From an uncultured Actinomycetes bacterium (GTDB lineage: Bacteria > SZUA-79 > Acidulodesulfobacterales > Acidulodesulfobacteraceae): DNA of 64,000 bases. Both the position numbers and the translations under genes were made by a program. This document shows positions 18,916 to 29,660 of this stretch, in pieces. The stretch is taken from NCBI GenBank assembly GCA_964631685.1, contig CAZVZU010000002.1, positions 1-64,000 on the forward strand, written 5' to 3'. The notes beneath the pieces are model-generated. The model searched no databases, was not told the origin of the DNA, and saw only the letters and a list, made by a program, of their open reading frames with translations. Each line of letters starts with the position of its first letter. The stretch's first letter is position 1.

Positions 18916-20598
18916 TCAAACCACGTATTTATTATACAAAAAATCATAAATTTTACAAGGGTTATTAACTTTTCCAAAATCGAATGGGACACTATCTTGC
19001 CATACTGCAAACGGCATATTCTGCTCTCCACCTATCCCGCCGTGAGCACCCATCTGATTTTCAAAATTTATTATATGATGGCCGTTGTATTCTCCAAATA
19101 ATATCACGTCCCCGGCATTATCAAATTTACAAAATTTCTCGATAGATGAAAATGCCACATCTTCTGCGTCTATTCCGTTATAATCGCGCATGATATGCTT
19201 CAGACTTAAACATTCATCAGGATTGTTTTTAAAAAAATCTAAAAAATAATAAAATCTATCATGTTTTTTGCTAAAAATAACCACTTCACCGTTGTCGTCT
19301 TGCCCCATAACAAATCCTATGCCTTTGGTTTTAGAAAGCATAGAAATTACGTGAGGGTAGGTCATATCAACCTCTCCAACGGATAACTTTGACGATTTTC
19401 CGGAAAAATAAATATTAGACATTGGACCCGAATTCATTATATAAATTATCTTGTCTCTTTCCCAATTTGTTTTTCTGTCAAAACTGTCAATCTGTTTGTC
19501 ACTCAAATCTATTTTTCCAGAAAAATTATTTAAAATCTTACTGCATGTCCCCTTTTTAAAAAAATCATTTAAATATTCAAATAATCTTTTTATAACAGCA
19601 TCATATCCCGTATCAAATTCATAAATAATCGCATTATCGTCATCAACATACCCTGTAATCATATCTTTAAGCGTTTTGTTGTTATTTAACATCAAAAAGG
19701 GAATGGCCGGAGTATGCCCATGGTCAGAAATAATAAAAAAATCATATTCTCTTTCTGCAGTCTTTATTTCCCTATAGATATCTTTAATTTTTTTATCTAT
19801 AGCCTTTAATGTTCTTAGAGCACTAATAGAGTAAGGTCCCCTGTGATGAGAAATTTCGTCATAACCGATGTAATCGAGATAAATAGACGGAACGCCTCTA
19901 GATATATCCATTACTGCGCCAAATGTTTCTATTTCCTTAAATATAACATTGGATACAGCCCTTGCGAATGGGAAAAAGCCTTCGGGACGGACATCCTTTT
20001 TTTTTACAACATCAACAATCATCTCCCATATCTCCAGTAAAAACTCGAAAAAAACATAAAAAAAGGTCTTTAAAAAAGTAAAAATATGAAAAACAAATAT
20101 GATAAAAATATCAAAATTTCTGACCTTTCTTTTAAATAGGTAACGTATAGAAAAGGTTGAAAGAGTGAAGGTTGACCTAAACGCTCCTCCCGCAAATAGG
20201 TTGACATAACTTGACCCGCCGGCAAGAAGTCCTCTCTTTTTTTTTGAGAGCATTGCCTCGATAAGTCCCGCACTTTCAGGTTTCTTGAAAATTATCTCAT
20301 CGCCGGTTTTCCTTTCTATCCATCTAAAGCCGGGTACACTATCGCTGTCTCCATATAAAAGTCCAGCCTGAAAAAAGGGGGTATCACTTGGAACACCAAT
20401 AAAATATTTTTCAAATCTATATCCATCTTTCATAATCATCTTCCTCAAATGAGGCATTAAATTAAGTGAGAAAGCTTTTTTTATGGCCCCATAGGAAAGG
20501 CCGTCAACTTGAAAGATAACAAACCCCTTGTCCTTTAAGGGCTTCTTAACCCTTATTTTTCTTATGGATTTCTTAAATATCTTTAAGTTAGTCTTCAT
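18916..20598 (-). CDS. Alkaline phosphatase / type I phosphodiesterase superfamily protein
   Basis: QVDGL, PSDTP, YDEISHHRGP, SDHG, GAHGGIGGEQ. Confidence 0.75.
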   Translation of the reverse strand: MKTNLKIFKKSIRKIRVKKPLKDKGFVIFQVDGLSYGAIKKAFSLNLMPHLRKMIMKDGYRFEKYFIGVPSDTPFFQAGLLYGDSDSVPGFRWIERKTGDEIIFKKPESAGLIEAMLSKKKRGLLAGGSSYVNLFAGGAFRSTFTLSTFSIRYLFKRKVRNFDIFIIFVFHIFTFLKTFFYVFFEFLLEIWEMIVDVVKKKDVRPEGFFPFARAVSNVIFKEIETFGAVMDISRGVPSIYLDYIGYDEISHHRGPYSISALRTLKAIDKKIKDIYREIKTAEREYDFFIISDHGHTPAIPFLMLNNNKTLKDMITGYVDDDNAIIYEFDTGYDAVIKRLFEYLNDFFKKGTCSKILNNFSGKIDLSDKQIDSFDRKTNWERDKIIYIMNSGPMSNIYFSGKSSKLSVGEVDMTYPHVISMLSKTKGIGFVMGQDDNGEVVIFSKKHDRFYYFLDFFKNNPDECLSLKHIMRDYNGIDAEDVAFSSIEKFCKFDNAGDVILFGEYNGHHIINFENQMGAHGGIGGEQNMPFAVWQDSVPFDFGKVNNPCKIYDFLYNKYVV

Positions 20599-20612
20599 TG
20601 TTTACCTATTTT

Positions 20613-21386
20613 TTAACTATCTTCTTTTTCAAAAAAATAATCAGCGAGGAAAACCATCACAATCAAGAACAGAGTGATAAAAATAAAATCCAACGCTATA
20701 GATGTTTCAGGCACGAAAAAACTTACCTTCTTGCCGTAAAACAAGATATGCTTTAATATATCAACCGAATAGGTTATGGGATTAATATATGCCAATGCTT
20801 TTAAAAAAAAAGGAAAATTCTTTACCGGATAGAGTGCTCCGCTCACAAAAAACATCGGCTGCACTATAAGGTTTATAATGGAGTTAAAGCCCTCAAAAGA
20901 TGTCATTCTTGATGCTATAACTATTCCAAAAGCTGTGAGAGAACATGAAATTAAAAAAAGTGCAAAAATGGAGAATGTAACGGAACCCAAAGACATTCTA
21001 ATTCCCAACATAGGGGCAAAAACCAGCATAACCATTGCTTGAATAGTACTAATAATTCCGCCGGATGTTATCTTTGCGAATACAAATGTCTTTCTTGATA
21101 TAGGAGAAACAAGAATTTCTTTTAAAACACCAAACTCTCTATCCCATATTATAGATATAGAAGAAAAAATAGATCTAAAAAGTACGGTCATGACAAGAAT
21201 TCCCGGGAAGATAAACTGCATATAAGAACCATCTTTAATCTTGACCATAGTAGAAATACCGAACCCTACGAATAAAAGCCAGATGATAGGCCTGGAAAAG
21301 TCCGTGATGAGCCTCGACCTTTGCCTTGTAAACTTCAGAATTTCCCTTTTATTTATTGCGATAAATGCGTCTAATTCTGTTTTCAT
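20613..21386 (-). CDS. ABC-2 type transporter permease
   Basis: DREFGVLKEILVSP, SGALYP, NPITY; six TM segments. Confidence 0.88.
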   Translation of the reverse strand: MKTELDAFIAINKREILKFTRQRSRLITDFSRPIIWLLFVGFGISTMVKIKDGSYMQFIFPGILVMTVLFRSIFSSISIIWDREFGVLKEILVSPISRKTFVFAKITSGGIISTIQAMVMLVFAPMLGIRMSLGSVTFSIFALFLISCSLTAFGIVIASRMTSFEGFNSIINLIVQPMFFVSGALYPVKNFPFFLKALAYINPITYSVDILKHILFYGKKVSFFVPETSIALDFIFITLFLIVMVFLADYFFEKEDS

Positions 21387-22222
21387 TTTTTGCCAGTCGT
21401 CATAAACTCCGTTTTTGAAACAAATAAATTATCCTCTGAATGTAAAAATCTAAAATAGTCGTTTAAGCCTTTATGGAAATCAACCGCACTGATAAGTTTT
21501 TTGTTGAAAAGATTATCCTTGGCAAGTTCTAATTCATTTTGAAGCAATAAAAAAACATTCTTTAGTGCTGCAATATTAAAACCATTATATTTTTCCTTAA
21601 AAAAAGTTGCAGTGTAGGGTTTTATCTCTATATCCTTAAACCCTCCGGCGGACAAGAAGGATGGCAATTTCTTTGAAATAAACCTGTCTCCACCCTTTAT
21701 TCTTTGGTATTCCGAATAAATCTTAAATAATTTTTTTGATGTATCCGGCAAATCCGGATAAAATAAGTTCAACTCATCATCTATATCTATAATGACCAGA
21801 GTTCCTCCGTCTTTCATTATCCTTTTTATTTCTACAAGAAAGTCCGCGGATAAATTTGTATGCTGAAAGACATATCTTACAAAAACTATGTCAAAAACGG
21901 CATTCCTGATAGGAATATTAAACCCGTTTGCGCACAAAAAAGAGGTATTTTTATTCTCGTTTAAAGAATATGCCACATTTAAAAGCTCTATATCGAAATC
22001 TATACCGACAATTTTTTCTGCATTGTTATCTTTGAGCAAACACGGCAACACACCTAAGCCTGTTCCGATATCAGCCACTACTTTATTGCTAAAACTATAA
22101 GGAAGACTCTTAAGCTGTTGAAATAGGTAGGGGGCGGTCAAATAGGATTGAAAAGCCAAAAACCTGACGCCTAGAGGATAATTTAATGAGTTATTTATCT
22201 TAATATATTTTTCGCAAAGCAA
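21383..22222 (-). CDS. Class I SAM-dependent methyltransferase
   Basis: DIGTGLG, FDIV, EIKRIMKDGG. Confidence 0.8.
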   Translation of the reverse strand: MLCEKYIKINNSLNYPLGVRFLAFQSYLTAPYLFQQLKSLPYSFSNKVVADIGTGLGVLPCLLKDNNAEKIVGIDFDIELLNVAYSLNENKNTSFLCANGFNIPIRNAVFDIVFVRYVFQHTNLSADFLVEIKRIMKDGGTLVIIDIDDELNLFYPDLPDTSKKLFKIYSEYQRIKGGDRFISKKLPSFLSAGGFKDIEIKPYTATFFKEKYNGFNIAALKNVFLLLQNELELAKDNLFNKKLISAVDFHKGLNDYFRFLHSEDNLFVSKTEFMTTGKK

Positions 22223-22231
22223 GCAACCGTC

Positions 22232-23524
22232 CTAAAATATACTTTTTAAGGTTATAATCTGCATTCTTTCCTTTCCTATAGACACAATATTGATTGGCAA
22301 CTCCGTCAATTCTTCTATTCTCGAAAGATACTTACGTGCGTTTACGGGCAAATCGTTAAATGACCTTACATTGGATATATCTTCACTCCATCCCCTAATT
22401 TCTTCATATATCGGGGTAATCTTACCATACTCGGCAATGGACGAAGGAAGGTGCTCTATCACTGAACCGTTAAGCAGATAACCCGTACAAATCTTTAGCT
22501 TATCAATGCCCGATAAAACATCAAGTTTAGTCACTACCATATCTGTTATGCCGTTTAAATTTTTTGCTTCTCTTATAAGATTGACGTCAAACCAACCGCA
22601 TCTTCTGGGTCGTCCCGTAACAGAACCAAATTCTTCACCCTTATCTCGAATCAAGGCACCTGCGTCCCCTTGAAGCTCAGATGGAAAATATCCCTCGCCT
22701 ACCCTCGTTGTGTATGCCTTTGTAATTCCTATTACACCATCAACTATAGTTGGACCCAAACCAACACCTGCAAGCGCCCCACCGGCAACAGTATTAGAAG
22801 AAGTAACATAAGGGTATGTCCCATGGTCAACATCAAGAAATGTCCCCTGCGCTCCTTCAAGCATTATATTGAATCCTTTTTTAAGTTTTTCATTTATAAA
22901 CCCGGATGCATCAATCAAAAAATCTTTCAACTTATCGCCCAATTTAAAATATTCATTAATCAAATCGTCAGGGTTAAATACTTTTTCACCTAAAATATTT
23001 TTAAACAGATAGTTTTTTTCTTTTAAACTTAAAACAATCTTGTCATGCAACAGCTCTCTGTCAAGCAGATCTATCGCCCTAATGCCAAGTCTTGCAACCT
23101 TATCTTCGTACGCGGGACCAATCCCCCTTCCGGTTGTTCCTATCATGCCGGCGCCTCTTAATCTTTCCCTCGCAATATCAAGCCTTTTGTGATAGGGCAT
23201 AATTATATGGCATTTATTTGAAACAAAAAATCTACCATTAATATTTATGCCTATTTTCTTTAAAGATTCTAGTTCTTCAAACAGCACCAGTGGGTCTATG
23301 ACCACGCCGTTACCCAGAATGCAAATCTTTTCTTCGTTAAGTATCCCTGAGGGTACTAATCTGAATATAAGGCTCAAGTCACCCTTTACAACGGTATGAC
23401 CCGCATTATTGCCACCTTGATAACGAGCTATGATATCAGCATTCTTAGCCAATAGATCTATAATCTTACCCTTACCCTCGTCTCCCCATTGGAGACCCAC
23501 AACCACAATATTTTTCTTTCTCAT
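22232..23524 (-). CDS. purA: Adenylosuccinate synthetase
   Basis: QWGDEGKGK, GGNNAGHT, GTYPYVTSS, TGRPRRCGW. Confidence 0.97.
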   Translation of the reverse strand: MRKKNIVVVGLQWGDEGKGKIIDLLAKNADIIARYQGGNNAGHTVVKGDLSLIFRLVPSGILNEEKICILGNGVVIDPLVLFEELESLKKIGININGRFFVSNKCHIIMPYHKRLDIARERLRGAGMIGTTGRGIGPAYEDKVARLGIRAIDLLDRELLHDKIVLSLKEKNYLFKNILGEKVFNPDDLINEYFKLGDKLKDFLIDASGFINEKLKKGFNIMLEGAQGTFLDVDHGTYPYVTSSNTVAGGALAGVGLGPTIVDGVIGITKAYTTRVGEGYFPSELQGDAGALIRDKGEEFGSVTGRPRRCGWFDVNLIREAKNLNGITDMVVTKLDVLSGIDKLKICTGYLLNGSVIEHLPSSIAEYGKITPIYEEIRGWSEDISNVRSFNDLPVNARKYLSRIEELTELPINIVSIGKERMQIITLKSIF

Positions 23525-23546
23525 AAATCCTTTATTTAAATTTAAG

Positions 23547-24857
23547 TTAATTTTGACCTACCTCGCCAACATTTTTCAATTCAAAATATTTCTTAAAATC
23601 GGAAACGGTTCTGTATTCTTTTTCTTTACCGTCATAAATATTTTTTAATATAATACAATATTCTTCTTTAGATTGAACATTGCCACCATGATTTTTTATA
23701 TATACAACATTTTCAATATTATTTTCTTCCGCATATCTTATAACATCCAAATAGCCATAGTCCATAAAATTAGACTCAGACTTTAAACCTTTTTTTCTTA
23801 AAAACATAATTATCTCAGCCTCTAATCTTTTATTTTCCGTTTTATTAAAAACTAAAAAGTCCTCGTTCTTAAAATCGGGATAATCCGCATATCTACTTAA
23901 TATGTCTAAATTAACGGCAAAACCGGCTCCTGCACAATTCTCCCCAAACATCCCTATTAAGTTATTATATCTGCCACCTCCAAAAATCTCATAACCTACA
24001 TGAGGGATAAAACATTCGAAAATAGTCCCTGTATAATAATTCAATCCCCTAATTTCGCCCAAGTCTATTGTGATATATTTTTCGAGTTTGTACGATTTTA
24101 TATATGCGATAACCCTCTCCATAGTTTCAAGGGCGCTTATAGCCCTTTCGTTATCCGTCATCTTCCATGCCTTTTTAATTACAGCTTTTTTACCGAACAT
24201 AAATGGTAATTCTTTAATTATGTTCTTTTTAGTTGATGACAAAGATACATCTTCCAGGAAAGCGTTTAAACCCGAAGAATCCTTTCGAAGAGTAAACTCC
24301 TCTATTTTATGCCTAATAGGCTCATCTATATCTGAAACAATACCCCTGAAAAATTCAACATTACCTATATCAACGCTAAAATCCTTAATGTTAAGCTTCT
24401 TTAAGGATTCAATGCCCATAATAATGAGTTCGGCATCGCTTTCAGGGCTCTCGGGTCCTATCAGTTCAACCCCTACCTGCCATATTTCACGCGGTTTTCC
24501 TATAATCGGATCAAGATTCCGCAAAACCGGACCAAAATACGAAAACTTATACGGCAAAATATTAGAGTTAATTAGTGCCGAGCTAAGCCTGCCGATTTGC
24601 GGAGTAAAATCGCTCCTAAAAGAAAGCATCTCTCCCGAACCAATATCGACGACTTTAAATAACTCATTAGCCTTTGAGCTTAGAAGAAATGTATCAAGAT
24701 AATCGATACCCGGGGTTATAACCCTTTTATATCCCCATTTAGAAAATTCACTCAGCAACACACCGGCAGTGCTGTTTATGAACTCCGTTTCGCTAGGCAG
24801 AAAATCCCTTGTACCAGGCGGAGGTTGCGAGGAAATTATCGTATTTTTTCTATCCAC
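23547..24857 (-). CDS. hisZ: ATP phosphoribosyltransferase regulatory subunit
   Basis: HisRS-like: PGTRD, RSDFTP, QVGVELIG, YYTG, GGGRY; adjacent to purA. Confidence 0.85.
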   Translation of the reverse strand: MDRKNTIISSQPPPGTRDFLPSETEFINSTAGVLLSEFSKWGYKRVITPGIDYLDTFLLSSKANELFKVVDIGSGEMLSFRSDFTPQIGRLSSALINSNILPYKFSYFGPVLRNLDPIIGKPREIWQVGVELIGPESPESDAELIIMGIESLKKLNIKDFSVDIGNVEFFRGIVSDIDEPIRHKIEEFTLRKDSSGLNAFLEDVSLSSTKKNIIKELPFMFGKKAVIKKAWKMTDNERAISALETMERVIAYIKSYKLEKYITIDLGEIRGLNYYTGTIFECFIPHVGYEIFGGGRYNNLIGMFGENCAGAGFAVNLDILSRYADYPDFKNEDFLVFNKTENKRLEAEIIMFLRKKGLKSESNFMDYGYLDVIRYAEENNIENVVYIKNHGGNVQSKEEYCIILKNIYDGKEKEYRTVSDFKKYFELKNVGEVGQN

Positions 24858-26434
24858 TATAATTCCAAGTATTTTGCATCGGTTATGTTCGGTTCAGACT
24901 TAAGCTCCTCAATGACATTATTTTCTATTCGCGAATCTAACTGTAAGATAGAAATTGCTTTATCCTCATGCCTTCCCAAATGCATTCTCGCAATATTAAT
25001 TTTATTTCTGCCAAGAACCACCCCTATAGAAGATATGACGCCAGGTTTATCAAGATTATATATGACTAGTATGTGCCCTTCTGGAATGGCTTCAATTAAG
25101 TAATCATCTATCTTAACTATCCATGGGCTCTTTTTACCAAATATTGCCCCCGAGATAGAGAATGTTCTTACATCGGTAGTAACAAAAATACTGATAGTAC
25201 TCGTATAATCAATCGTCTGTTCCGATTTTGACTCTACGACGGTTATTCCCCGTTTTTTCGCAATTTCTATTGCATTGACGTAATTTATATCTTCACCGAG
25301 TAGTGGGCTAAGGATACCCTTGAGAATGTTAGGGGTTATAGCATCAGTATTATGAGCGGAAACAGCCCCGTTATAATCTACTTTGACGGATTTAATCCCG
25401 CCAACTAAGATATTTCCCAAAAGTGTACCTATTTTTTCTCCAAGATTTAAATAAGGACCTATTGTCTCAACCTCCTCTTGTGTAAGGGAAGGAACATTGA
25501 CGGCATTTTTTATGGTGCCGTTAATAAGATAGTCGGCCATTTGGTTACAAATAGCCACCGCAACATTTACCTGCGCCTCTTTGGTTGATGCACCTAGATG
25601 AGGGGTAGCAATAAGATTATCTAATGTAAGAAGGGGATTATTCACAGGTGGTTCAATCTCAAAAACATCTATAGCACATGACGAAACCTTTCCCGATTTT
25701 AAAGCCTCGTAAATATCCTTTTCATTTATTATGCCACCTCTCGCTATATTCAAAATCTTGACCCCGTCTTTCATCTTCGCTATAGTTTCTTTGTTAATCA
25801 TGCCTTTGGTCTCTTTTACCAGCGGCGTGTGAACGCTTATATAGTCAGATTTTGCGTATAATTCATCTAGTGTCACAAGATTCACTCCAAGCTCCAATGC
25901 TTTATCTTTAGACAAAAATGGGTCGTATCCCAAAACATCCATACCAAAGCACTTCGCTCTTTTACAAAGCACCTGTCCAATATTTCCCATGCCAATTATA
26001 CCCAATGTTTTATCGTAAACCTCTGTTCCTTGAAACTTACTTTTTTCCCATTTCCCTTCTTTTATCGAAAGAAAGGCTTGCGGTATATGCCTTGACATAG
26101 CAAGAAGCATTCCGAATGTAAGTTCGGCGGTAGTTATAGTATTTCCACCGGGGGTATTCATGACAGCTATGCCCGCCGCCGTTGCCGCCGGTTTATCTAC
26201 ATTGTCAAGACCGCTTCCGGCTCTTCCGATAACTTTAAGGTTTTTTGCAGCCTTTATTATGTCAGCCGTAAGTCTGGTTGCACTCCTAATGACAATGCCG
26301 TGATATTCATGGATTATTGCCTTAAGTTCTTCAGGTTTTAAGCCTGTTTTAATATCAACTTGGATATTATCCGTTTTATTCAGGACATCCACTCCTTTAG
26401 AAGAAAGTTTATCACTGACAAGAACCTTGAACAT
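24857..26434 (-). CDS. serA: D-3-phosphoglycerate dehydrogenase
   Basis: GRAGSGLDNVD, GMGNIG, TPHLGAST.EAQ; C-terminal ACT domain. Confidence 0.95.
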   Translation of the reverse strand: MFKVLVSDKLSSKGVDVLNKTDNIQVDIKTGLKPEELKAIIHEYHGIVIRSATRLTADIIKAAKNLKVIGRAGSGLDNVDKPAATAAGIAVMNTPGGNTITTAELTFGMLLAMSRHIPQAFLSIKEGKWEKSKFQGTEVYDKTLGIIGMGNIGQVLCKRAKCFGMDVLGYDPFLSKDKALELGVNLVTLDELYAKSDYISVHTPLVKETKGMINKETIAKMKDGVKILNIARGGIINEKDIYEALKSGKVSSCAIDVFEIEPPVNNPLLTLDNLIATPHLGASTKEAQVNVAVAICNQMADYLINGTIKNAVNVPSLTQEEVETIGPYLNLGEKIGTLLGNILVGGIKSVKVDYNGAVSAHNTDAITPNILKGILSPLLGEDINYVNAIEIAKKRGITVVESKSEQTIDYTSTISIFVTTDVRTFSISGAIFGKKSPWIVKIDDYLIEAIPEGHILVIYNLDKPGVISSIGVVLGRNKINIARMHLGRHEDKAISILQLDSRIENNVIEELKSEPNITDAKYLEL

Positions 26435-26503
26435 TTATTACCCCCTTTATCATAACGTAATATGTAATGTAAATATAATCAAAATACAGGTAAACAAAGA
26501 CTT

Positions 26504-27646
26504 TTACTTGTCGAAAAGGGCTTTTTGAGCAGCCTTAAGCCCGCTACCTACTTCAAACTCATAACCTAATTCTTTTAAAACTGCTTCTAATGCGGAAATA
26601 GCAGTAATCACATCAAAACATCCCGCATAACCAAGGTGCGCTATTCTGAATATCTTGCCTTTTACAGCATCCTGTCCGCCAGCGATGGTGATACCATATT
26701 TTTCCCTCATGAGTTTTACTATTTTTCCTGCATCCACTCCCTCCGGTGCCCAAACCGCCGTGAGTGCATTTGAAGCCTCATCTACCGTATAAAGTTTCAA
26801 ACCCATAGCCTGAACCGCCAATCTTGTGGCATTTGCAAGGCTAGCATGCCTTTTAAAAACATTTTCAAGCCCCTCCTCTTTAATCTCTTTCAAAACCTCT
26901 TTTAGCCCGATTATAAGTTGTACATTGGGCGTATAAGCATTTTGATTCTTTTCTAATGACTTTTTTTCTTTCTTGAAATTAAAATAGTATTTAGGAAGAG
27001 TTGATTTTTCTACAAAAGACCATGCTTTATCACTTAAAGAAGCGAAAGCAAGTCCTGGTGGAAGCATAAGAGCCTTCTGTGAGCCCGTAACAACAACATC
27101 TATGCCCCAATCGTCCTGTGGAAGGTTCACAACTCCCAGCGCGGTAATCGCATCAACTATAAGGATTGTATTGTCTCTTTTTTTAATAATATCGGCAATC
27201 TCTTTAACAGGATAATAGACTCCAGTGGATGTCTCAGATGCTTGAATATATACTGCTTTAATGCTCGGATCTTTTTTTAACGCGTCTTCTATTACATCGG
27301 GGGAAACATTGTGTCCCCACTCTATATCTATGGCCATTACATCAACGGAATATGCTTTGCATATATCAAACCATCTTTCTCCAAATTTTCCCCCTCGCAC
27401 AGCAAGCGCATGGTCTCCTGCTGATAAAAGGTTAGATACGCAACCCTCCATAGCACCTGTACCGCTTGATGTAAATATTAAAACCTCTTGTTTTGTTCCA
27501 AATAAATATTTTAGATTATCCCTAACCTCCTGAAGTATAACGGAATATTCCGGCGCCCTATGGTGAATAATGGGAAGCGCCATATCGGCTAAAGCTTGCT
27601 CCGGAACAGGAGTTGGTCCCGGTGCCAATAAATACTTTTTCTGCAT
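26504..27646 (-). CDS. Class V aminotransferase (alanine-glyoxylate/serine-pyruvate type; probable SerC substitute)
   Basis: PGPTP, ETSTG, GSQKALMLPPGL; directly upstream of serA. Confidence 0.88.
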   Translation of the reverse strand: MQKKYLLAPGPTPVPEQALADMALPIIHHRAPEYSVILQEVRDNLKYLFGTKQEVLIFTSSGTGAMEGCVSNLLSAGDHALAVRGGKFGERWFDICKAYSVDVMAIDIEWGHNVSPDVIEDALKKDPSIKAVYIQASETSTGVYYPVKEIADIIKKRDNTILIVDAITALGVVNLPQDDWGIDVVVTGSQKALMLPPGLAFASLSDKAWSFVEKSTLPKYYFNFKKEKKSLEKNQNAYTPNVQLIIGLKEVLKEIKEEGLENVFKRHASLANATRLAVQAMGLKLYTVDEASNALTAVWAPEGVDAGKIVKLMREKYGITIAGGQDAVKGKIFRIAHLGYAGCFDVITAISALEAVLKELGYEFEVGSGLKAAQKALFDK

Positions 27647-27825
27647 TTTAAACCCCTTTTAAATTAAAGTTTGGTTTATTAATCATGGATATATCACTAT
27701 AAACGCATGACGCAGCCTAATCTAAATTGACTATAATTAATTGAATTAAGAATAATTCGTGACGGCTCGCACACATTATATACTTAACCAAATTTACTTA
27801 AAATTGTCAAGAATTTCTTAAAAAG

Positions 27826-27855
27826 TTTGACTTTTGCACTTATCAGCATTATAAT
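27826..27855 (+). promoter_or_regulatory. Putative sigma70 promoter for mltD-moeA-ntrC
   Basis: TTGACT-N18-TATAAT. Confidence 0.5.
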
Positions 27856-27884
27856 CGTACATTGAAAAAGAGGCGGGGTTAATC

Positions 27885-29657
27885 ATGCTTGGAATCTGCG
27901 CGTATAACATTAAAATTATTTATCGTAAACGAGGCTTTACAATGGAAGGATTGAAAGGCTATGGATTGTATGTCTTTTTGATTTTTTTGTTTTTTGCACT
28001 CTTTGCTTCGGCTGTCCCCCCGGCCTCAGCGGCAAGCTCCGGTAATCAAAACTTCATACATATAAAATTCAAGCCGTTAAAACGCACTAATACAATCAAG
28101 GTAGATAATGGAAACAATAGACAATATTCTGCCAACGTAGTCATCATAAACTCACCTTCTGCATCCAATAGCGTTAATACTTCAAAAAAAAGTTCTAGCA
28201 ACATTACGGAACACAAAACCCAATCACCGGATTTAGGGATAGCTAAAACAAATCTTTTGACACAAAGGGGTAACTATCGAAAAAACTTATCCCATATATT
28301 CCCTATGATTATAAACAGGGAAATTATCCATTACATACATTACTACCAAACCTCTGGAAAAAGATTTTTTGAACATGCTCTTTTGAGATCGAGAAGATAT
28401 CTTCCGATGATAAAGAGAATTTTTAAGAGACTGGGGCTTCCTAATAATCTTGCTTACCTTGCTATGATTGAAAGCGGTTTTTCTCCAACGGCTTATTCTT
28501 ACGCCGGGGCCAGCGGAATGTGGCAATTCATGCCATCAACAGGGAGGCTGTACGGTTTAAGGGAAAACTGGTGGATTGACGAAAGAAGGAATCCTGTTGA
28601 GTCCACATATGCGGCTGGTAGATATTTGAGAGAACTTTTCAATAAGTTTGGTTCGTGGTATCTTGCCGTCGCAGCATATAATTCAGGCGAATTGACAATA
28701 GAAAGGGCTTTATCATTGTATCCGGGGGGTAATTTTTGGACAATCTCCGAAAATAAGCCATATCTTTTACCTATGCAGACAAGAAGATATGTGCCTAAAA
28801 TAATTGCTGCCGCAATTATTGCGAAAGACCCAGAAAATTTTGGATTTCACAATACAGTCTATAGAAGAGCTTTAAAATTTAGACAAGTTAATGTGCCGTT
28901 TTCCGTCAGTTTGTATGCTCTCGCAAAATGCGCTGGTGTTTCTGAATATGAGTTGCGACATATGAATCAAGACTTGTTAAGGAACGTAACTCCACCGAAC
29001 GACCATAGATTTATGCTTAATATACCTGCGGAGAGGTACAAAATTTTTCATAAAAATTTTGTACACATCAGAAAATATATGCATCAAGAACATAGGGTTA
29101 TTGATGCATCTTATAGGGGTTTGGAGGGTAACATTTATTATGCCATTAAGCCCGGCGACACTCTTATGGGCATAGCATACAGGTATAAGGTATCCCTTAA
29201 AACATTAGAAAGATATAACAGTATTAGTAAATACTCTGTTCTCAGAATAGGCAGAAGGTTGGTTATTCCGAGAACAACACCTATTAGGGTTAGGCGTACA
29301 GATACTAAGCTTGCCTATGTGGTCGTTAAACCAGGGATGACACTTTGGAGCATATCTAATGGCTACAATGTCCCGTTAAATACACTAAAGATTATAAATC
29401 ATATTGCCGGAAACGCTATTTACTCCGGAGAAAAAATATTTATAAAAAGCAACAATTCTAATAACGAATACCCTTATATCAGAAATAGACGGTCGAAAAT
29501 ACATCATAACCATCCTCATTACAGGGTAAAATTTGGAGATTCATTATATTCGATTGCCTTAAAATTCCATGATAATGTTAAAAATATTATGGCAGACAAT
29601 AATATTAAGAACCCTAACGCAATCTATCCGGGCGAGGTTCTTAAAATAAATCAATAA
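27885..29657 (+). CDS. mltD: Lytic murein transglycosylase with LysM domains
   Basis: LAMIESG, AGASGMWQFMPSTG, AAYNSG; three LysM repeats. Confidence 0.88.
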   Translation: MLGICAYNIKIIYRKRGFTMEGLKGYGLYVFLIFLFFALFASAVPPASAASSGNQNFIHIKFKPLKRTNTIKVDNGNNRQYSANVVIINSPSASNSVNTSKKSSSNITEHKTQSPDLGIAKTNLLTQRGNYRKNLSHIFPMIINREIIHYIHYYQTSGKRFFEHALLRSRRYLPMIKRIFKRLGLPNNLAYLAMIESGFSPTAYSYAGASGMWQFMPSTGRLYGLRENWWIDERRNPVESTYAAGRYLRELFNKFGSWYLAVAAYNSGELTIERALSLYPGGNFWTISENKPYLLPMQTRRYVPKIIAAAIIAKDPENFGFHNTVYRRALKFRQVNVPFSVSLYALAKCAGVSEYELRHMNQDLLRNVTPPNDHRFMLNIPAERYKIFHKNFVHIRKYMHQEHRVIDASYRGLEGNIYYAIKPGDTLMGIAYRYKVSLKTLERYNSISKYSVLRIGRRLVIPRTTPIRVRRTDTKLAYVVVKPGMTLWSISNGYNVPLNTLKIINHIAGNAIYSGEKIFIKSNNSNNEYPYIRNRRSKIHHNHPHYRVKFGDSLYSIALKFHDNVKNIMADNNIKNPNAIYPGEVLKINQ

Positions 29658-29660
29658 CAC

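Noticed and set aside
24000..24702. Antisense ORFs here and opposite smc, moeA, trpC and others
   Set aside because: Shadows of well-supported genes on the other strand, with no recognisable motifs
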